Source: Pseudomonadota bacterium
GTDB lineage: Bacteria; Desulfobacterota; Desulfobacteria; Desulfobacterales; RPRI01
Assembly: GCA_018823005.1 (NCBI GenBank)
Contig: JAHJJB010000172.1
Location: 1 to 53,009 of the forward strand
Direction: 5' to 3'
Length of the DNA stretch: 53,009 nucleotides
Both the position numbers and the translations under genes were made by a program. The first letter of the stretch is position 1, and the number at the start of each line of letters is the position of its first letter. Shown piece after piece: positions 47,605 to 53,009 of the stretch. The notes beneath the pieces were generated by a model that ran no database searches, was not told the DNA's origin, and saw nothing but the letters and a program-made list of their open reading frames with translations.

Positions 47605-47626
47605 GCCCCGCTCAAAAGAGCGGGGC
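47605..47626. terminator. GC-rich hairpin between convergent genes
   Basis: GCCCCGCTC-AAAA-GAGCGGGGC; no clear U-tract. Confidence 0.55.
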
Positions 47627-47655
47627 GTCCCGGTATGGTAATGAAAAAATCTGTT

Positions 47656-47925
47656 TTATAATTGTTTGTTTGTTTCCTTTTTGTAGGCTTCTTTACCTGC
47701 ATCGACAGCGGCTGAAAGAACAGATTTTTTTTCTTCTAGCACACTTTTTACTTTCTGGACGGATTCAGCAGCCTTTTCCTTGACACCCTCAGCATATTCT
47801 TTGATTTTTTCCCTCGTTTCCCGTCCGGTTTGAGGAGCGATAAGAAGCGCGATTCCCGCCCCTACAAGACTTCCCAAAAGAAAAGAAACTAGCAATGATC
47901 CTGCGTTGCAATCTTTTTCTTCCAT
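47656..47925 (-). CDS. YtxH domain protein
   Basis: FLLGSLVGAGIALLIAPQTGRETR. Confidence 0.9.
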   Translation of the reverse strand: MEEKDCNAGSLLVSFLLGSLVGAGIALLIAPQTGRETREKIKEYAEGVKEKAAESVQKVKSVLEEKKSVLSAAVDAGKEAYKKETNKQL

Positions 47926-47944
47926 ATTATGGTTCTCCTTATTT

Positions 47945-48349
47945 TTAATGATTAAGCAATACGCCTGTTGCGGCTTTAATTCCTGCCTTCAGCGCTGATA
48001 TTCTTACAGATAGCTTGTTCTGTATTCCATCTGTTATAAGCCCGAGAGTCTTAATTTTAAATGCAAGTTCAGAAATGGTTCCGGACATATCCTTAACGCT
48101 GGATGTAACAGACCCAATATCATCGCTGACAGCTCTGATGCTTTTTAATGTTTCTTCGGCTTCTTTGAGTACCGGGTCGATTTTCAACTCTGTAGCAGCA
48201 ATAAATGCGGTTATTGCATCACCTGCTTTTTTAATATGAATAAAAGAGTATATCAGAAAGAACACCGTAGCAAGAAAGGTTATGACTACCAGGATAAAAG
48301 ACGCGATAAGTAGTGCTGTTGCTTCCACGAACTGGCCCTCCTTCTGCAA
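47945..48349 (-). CDS. DUF948-family membrane protein
   Basis: N-terminal TM helix plus coiled coil, directly upstream of ytxH as is usual. Start is uncertain. Confidence 0.7.
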   Translation of the reverse strand: MQKEGQFVEATALLIASFILVVITFLATVFFLIYSFIHIKKAGDAITAFIAATELKIDPVLKEAEETLKSIRAVSDDIGSVTSSVKDMSGTISELAFKIKTLGLITDGIQNKLSVRISALKAGIKAATGVLLNH

Positions 48350-48531
48350 AATGAATAAACAGTCTGATTTAACTATACGAGGATATTAATCGAGTTGCAA
48401 GTTGAAATTCAAAACAATACCAAAAACAATATCATGTTTTTTTCAGATTAATGTGATAATAGATATGCAGGATATAACATGCTGAGTTATTATATAGATT
48501 TAAGTAGAACTGAAAAACTGTAAATTATATT

Positions 48532-50109
48532 ATGTCTCCCACCATATATAAAAAAATAGGAATTGCCTCGGCTATTATGATGGCTTCTGTCTTTTTAAGC
48601 CGCGTAATAGGCCTTTTCAGGGAAATGGCCATTGCTTTTGCCGGGGGTGCAGGCGGCGACGTTGATGCTTACCAGATCGCATTTGTCATTCCTGAAATAC
48701 TGAACCATATTGCTGCAAGCGGTTTTCTCTCAATCACGTTTATTCCTATTTTTTCAAATTATCTTGCAAATAACGAAGAAGAGGAAGGGTGGCGTGTTTT
48801 TTCTTTAATTATGACGTGTTTCGGGGGGGTGCTGCTGTTTTTTATCCTGATAGCAATGATTTTGGCACCTCAACTCGTTTATTTAGTTGCGCCGGGATTG
48901 AGTGATCCGCAAATTTTTTCAAAAGCTGTCCGGATGACAAGGATAATTCTTCCAGCCCAGTTTTTCTTTTTTTTAGGCGGACTCTTAATGGCGGTCCAGT
49001 TTTCAAAGGAGAGATTTGCAATACCTGCTCTGGCGCCTCTGGTTTACAATATCGGGATCATTTCGGGAGGCATGCTGCTTGGTTCACGTTACGGTATGGA
49101 GGGATTTTCATGGGGTGTCCTTGGAGGGGCTTTTATGGGCAGTTTTCTCCTCCAGTACTGGGGTGCAAAAAAGGCGGGAATGAAATTTAAAATAAGCTTT
49201 AATTTTATGCATCCTGATTTAAGAAAATATGTTTATCTGACATTGCCGCTTATGTTCGGGCTTACAATGACTTTTTCAACCGAATTTTTTTTGAAATTCT
49301 TCGGAAGCTTCCTGCCTCATGGAAGTATAGCAGCCCTCAATTATGGACTCAGGATAATGTTTATCATGGTCGGTTTGTTCGGCCAGGCTGTCGGGATGGC
49401 CACTTATCCATTTATGGCCCGTCTTGTAGCTGAAAACAAAATTGAAGAAATGAACAAGCTGCTTAATGATACTTTAAGAGCTCTTTCTGTTGTTGTTCCA
49501 TTTTCCGTTCTTGCAATGGTGTTGAGACATGAAATAGTTTTAATCATATTCCAGAGGGGAAGATTTGATGCTGCTGCCACAGAATTTACTTCAGGGTTGC
49601 TCGTTTTTCTTCTTGCAGGCACATTTGCCTTTGCAGCACAGACCGTTGTCGTAAGGGGGTTTTATGCCATGCAGAACACTCTTTTTCCTGCGGTTTTTGG
49701 AACTATTGCAGTTATTTTCAGCATACCTCTTTATTACTATTGCATGAATGTTATGGGTGCAGGCGGGATCGCCCTTGCAATTTCACTTTCCGCATTTTTA
49801 CAGGTGTTTCTCCTTTATGCTCTCTGGAACAAACAAAGCCATAATGTCAAAAGCCGGGCTGTATACCTGTTTTTTACCAAGATAAGTTTATTGAGTGCAG
49901 TAATCGGTATTCTGCTTGAGTGGATTAAAAGAAGCTTATTGAATGGTTTTGATACGACCACTTTTTCCGGAAGTCTTTTAATGTCTGTACTCCTTTCAGC
50001 CCTGTTTGCCGGGGTATTTGTTTCCTCCGGCTATCTTCTGAAAATAAAGGAAATATCTGAAATGACGGAAAGGATTGCGGGAAGGGTTAAAAAGATTACC
50101 GTCCGGTAG
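48532..50109 (+). CDS. murJ: Lipid II flippase MurJ/MviN
   Basis: SRVIGLFRE, DAYQIAF.IP, FIP, FQRGRFD, GFYA, GIALA. Confidence 0.92.
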   Translation: MSPTIYKKIGIASAIMMASVFLSRVIGLFREMAIAFAGGAGGDVDAYQIAFVIPEILNHIAASGFLSITFIPIFSNYLANNEEEEGWRVFSLIMTCFGGVLLFFILIAMILAPQLVYLVAPGLSDPQIFSKAVRMTRIILPAQFFFFLGGLLMAVQFSKERFAIPALAPLVYNIGIISGGMLLGSRYGMEGFSWGVLGGAFMGSFLLQYWGAKKAGMKFKISFNFMHPDLRKYVYLTLPLMFGLTMTFSTEFFLKFFGSFLPHGSIAALNYGLRIMFIMVGLFGQAVGMATYPFMARLVAENKIEEMNKLLNDTLRALSVVVPFSVLAMVLRHEIVLIIFQRGRFDAAATEFTSGLLVFLLAGTFAFAAQTVVVRGFYAMQNTLFPAVFGTIAVIFSIPLYYYCMNVMGAGGIALAISLSAFLQVFLLYALWNKQSHNVKSRAVYLFFTKISLLSAVIGILLEWIKRSLLNGFDTTTFSGSLLMSVLLSALFAGVFVSSGYLLKIKEISEMTERIAGRVKKITVR

Positions 50110-53009
50110 GAGCTTTATCTTCAGCAATTTTGCTTTCACCTGTATTTACAGGCTGCATTATCCTGATAGGAAGCATGATCGTTCTTTGGAGCATATTTAA
50201 AAGACCTGACCCAACCGCGGTAGGGGAAAGAGGTATAACCTCCGGATCGTTGAGCTTGCCGGTGACTCTGAATGGTATCGATATGATATTCCCGTCCAAT
50301 ATCTGAGTTACAACCGGTATATATTTAAGAATAAGATCAAAGGTTTTAAACGGGGAGACCAGAGCTACAAGGTCGACTCTCTCTTTATTAAGATCGATAT
50401 TGCCGGTGCAGACTATTGCCATCGAAGCGCCGTCGATAACAAACCCGGTAATAACAAAATTACCATTTTCCAGTTTTCCGGATGCAGTTATTGAATTATA
50501 GGCAAAGCCTTCGCCGACAATATCGGGGATTTTGCCCCTGAAAATTTCGGTTAGATTCAGAAGGGCAAATATTTTCGACAAAAACCCGAGTTGATATATT
50601 CTTCCATCCTTTGCTTTAAAATCGAGAGTTCCGTTAAGCAGTCCTGTGATTTCATCTCCTTTACCCTTTGTAAATATTTCGCCGTCTAAACTGAAATGAC
50701 CGGTTGCCACCTGTCGCTTGTTGACAAAGCAATTGATGGAAGAATCGAATTTTTCATCACGGGCAAAGGGGAATATTCTTAATTCAACTTTATTCCGGGA
50801 TGTTTCAATGATTCCGGTAAGCGAAACACCGCAAAGGGCCGCGTCAACCAGTGCAAAGGAAATATTCCCCGCACCTAAAGTTATATCCGTATGAACCGGG
50901 CTCAATGTCAGATCCCCGTATTTCAAATATTTTACTTTTGCCTTTATTATTCCCGTAAGAAAGGAATCTCCGGAGCTCTTTTTGGCTGTGTCTGTTTGAA
51001 ATAATTTGTTTTCCGCAAACTCCTTTATGCTTGACCATTCGAGAAAATCGGATGTAGCATTCAAATCAAGCTTTAATTTTTCCTTCGACAAAACAGCGTT
51101 TCCATTAAAGGCCATATTGCTCCTGCCGGATGCTACTCTGCATTCTGCTATCGCAAGGGAAATATTTCCTGCACCGATAGTTATATCCGCATTAACAGGG
51201 CTCAATGTCAGATCCTCGTATTTCAAATATTTTACTTTTGCCTTTATTATTCCCGAAAGAAAGGAGTCCGCGGAGCTCTTTTTAGCTTTGCCTGTTTGAA
51301 ATAATTTGTTTTCCGCAAACTCCTTTATGCTTGACCATTCGAGAAAATCGGATGTACCATTCAAATCGAGCTGTAATTTTTCCTTTGACAAAACAGCGTT
51401 TCCATTAAAGGCTATATTGCTCCTGCCGGACGCTATTCTGCATTCTTCAACTACAACCCTTTTGCCACCGAGTCTTTTCGGAGATTTTTTTTCGGTAGTT
51501 TTAAATATCAGGCTTGTTATTGTTACAGGCTTTCTGAAAAGATCATCATAATCAATGATCAGATTTTCAATTTTACCGGAAGTATTAAAATCCCATTCCT
51601 GCGGTGCAAAAAGGGGCCCGTTTATCTCAAAATTATTCAGGTTAACCGTACCTCCGGGGAAGGAAATATTTTTCAAGGCTGTTCTGGCGCTTCGAAAAGA
51701 TAAAATAAACGGGTTTATATCTTTTGCGAAAACCCTTGATTTTTTAGATGAAATATTAAAGGAATTATCTTTGTTATGCCTGAATCCGGCCGACAGGTTA
51801 GAGATTGAAGATTTGCCCCAGGTACCATTTGTGAGTTTAAAAAAAATGAGGGAATCATCAAGGAAAAATTTTTCGCCGATTATTGTAACCGGGGTTGAGA
51901 ATCTTCCATACACCGCCTGCAGGTTAAATCTGGAAACATCTACCTTGACTTTAATTGAGCCCCCGCTGTCATCATTTATGATTAAATTTCCGTCTGCCTG
52001 TCCCTGGCACTCTTTGATTAAGGAAAGCTCATATAATAAAGTCTTATTCTCCATAACCTGACTAAGGACCGGAGGCAGTTGAGAAAGATCGGCATGAATT
52101 GCCGTATCCAGATAAAAGATCTCTTTTTTTTCCGATAAACCGAGTTTTAATATTCCATTTTTTGCCGTAGAATTTTCCAGGCGGCCTTCAAGATTATTTC
52201 CTTCAAGAATGCCCCCTGAAACAGTCACATTCCCTTTTACGCCTTCTAGTTCAAGGAGTGGCTTCGGAACATGGATTTTCCCATCAAGGATGTCGCCACG
52301 GATTGATATGTTTTCGATATTCGCAAGTTCTGAAACAGAGGGTGCTTCAGATTTAATACTAATAAAAGGGACTTTACCGTCCTTTATGATATCGAATATT
52401 GCTTTGGTTGTACCGGAATTACCCGCAAGGAAAAGAGCCGCATTTCTTGTTATGTTTATGTCAATATTTTCCCCTTCAAGATCGAATTCTGCCAGGGAAA
52501 GGGATTTGTTTGTGCTGAAATTTCCTGAAAGGCTTAATTCCGGATTATCAAGGTCAAGTTTATTAATTGTAATTTTAGTCCCATTTTTATCGGCAAGGAA
52601 ATTACCTGAGAAGGATCTTCCATTGATAACTAACTCATCAGCTTTTCTTTGAAATGATATTAACGGAATTTCTCCTTCAAAGTTCGAATTAAATTTAAGA
52701 AATCCTTTATTATCAAAATGGGCCTTTAAATTTATTTGTGAATCGTTAATCTTTAAATCTGAATTGGGGAAAAAATAATCAAAAACGATTTTCGGGTTTA
52801 AATTCGTTAAATCAATACGACCTTCACCGGTTGAGGTATAGGGAAAAATTTTTCCGTTAACAGATAGTTTTTCACAAAAGTTGGATTTCCCGTTTAATGT
52901 TATTGTTATCCAGCCGGGTCTTAGCTCAATATTCGATGAAATATTGTCAAACTCGAAATAAAGGCGGTTTCCCTCATAAAAGCCTGCTTTTCCATTCCTT
53001 ATTTGAAGC
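50096..53009 (-). CDS. AsmA-like/YhdP-type bridge protein (partial, start beyond right edge)
   Basis: C-terminal AsmA_2-like motifs (GFAYNSI, GNIDL, FRVTGKLNDP). Checked by hand: the frame has no stop codon from 52228 to the window end. Confidence 0.8.
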   Translation of the reverse strand, partial: LQIRNGKAGFYEGNRLYFEFDNISSNIELRPGWITITLNGKSNFCEKLSVNGKIFPYTSTGEGRIDLTNLNPKIVFDYFFPNSDLKINDSQINLKAHFDNKGFLKFNSNFEGEIPLISFQRKADELVINGRSFSGNFLADKNGTKITINKLDLDNPELSLSGNFSTNKSLSLAEFDLEGENIDINITRNAALFLAGNSGTTKAIFDIIKDGKVPFISIKSEAPSVSELANIENISIRGDILDGKIHVPKPLLELEGVKGNVTVSGGILEGNNLEGRLENSTAKNGILKLGLSEKKEIFYLDTAIHADLSQLPPVLSQVMENKTLLYELSLIKECQGQADGNLIINDDSGGSIKVKVDVSRFNLQAVYGRFSTPVTIIGEKFFLDDSLIFFKLTNGTWGKSSISNLSAGFRHNKDNSFNISSKKSRVFAKDINPFILSFRSARTALKNISFPGGTVNLNNFEINGPLFAPQEWDFNTSGKIENLIIDYDDLFRKPVTITSLIFKTTEKKSPKRLGGKRVVVEECRIASGRSNIAFNGNAVLSKEKLQLDLNGTSDFLEWSSIKEFAENKLFQTGKAKKSSADSFLSGIIKAKVKYLKYEDLTLSPVNADITIGAGNISLAIAECRVASGRSNMAFNGNAVLSKEKLKLDLNATSDFLEWSSIKEFAENKLFQTDTAKKSSGDSFLTGIIKAKVKYLKYGDLTLSPVHTDITLGAGNISFALVDAALCGVSLTGIIETSRNKVELRIFPFARDEKFDSSINCFVNKRQVATGHFSLDGEIFTKGKGDEITGLLNGTLDFKAKDGRIYQLGFLSKIFALLNLTEIFRGKIPDIVGEGFAYNSITASGKLENGNFVITGFVIDGASMAIVCTGNIDLNKERVDLVALVSPFKTFDLILKYIPVVTQILDGNIISIPFRVTGKLNDPEVIPLSPTAVGSGLLNMLQRTIMLPIRIMQPVNTGESKIAEDKAPTGR
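50853..51446. repeat. Intragenic 300-bp tandem duplication
   Basis: 50853-51146 versus 51153-51446; period exactly 300 bp; about 23 mismatches in 294 nt by hand count. Confidence 0.95.

Noticed and set aside
52229-53009. Apparent non-coding or frameshifted region upstream of the 710-aa ORF
   Set aside because: The same frame is stop-free to the window edge and simply has no ATG/GTG/TTG; the gene starts outside the window.

Overview
AT-rich bacterial chromosomal window with about 50 protein-coding genes. Gene content (CooC, RACo-type ASKHA protein, DUF6178-like protein) and the style of intergenic repeats suggest an anaerobic Desulfobacterota/Desulfobacterales-like organism; this is inference. 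I found no rRNA, tRNA, CRISPR array, integrase or transposase. Main blocks: (1) 1-6034, a lipid-catabolic cluster with two DUF35 proteins, two thiolase-fold proteins lacking the canonical Cys (resembling actinobacterial Ltp3/Ltp4), a divergent EchA19-like crotonase, a PP2C-fold protein and an MBL hydrolase. (2) coaE followed by a toxin-antitoxin hotspot (truncated BrnT with its partner, then hicBA). (3) A FecR/OmpA/CHASE2-PP2C/MBL/RsbW/STAS signalling module. (4) Housekeeping genes (K+ channel, rdgB, pckG, ampG). (5) A small accessory patch with an MFS gene and a racemase followed by an attC-like site. (6) A 9-gene co-directional run of protein-modification enzymes bracketed by the Wood-Ljungdahl accessory genes cooC and a RACo-like gene. 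(7) Acyl-CoA dehydrogenase, phasin-like protein, AarF kinase, ETF:quinone oxidoreductase, alkyl sulfatase, a cold-shock protein, a DUF3795 gene with an in-frame TGA, murJ, and a partial AsmA-like gene with a recent 300-bp internal duplication. Intergenic DNA carries several palindromic MITE/REP-like elements and heptamer arrays. All family calls come from motif recognition by eye; no database searches were run.
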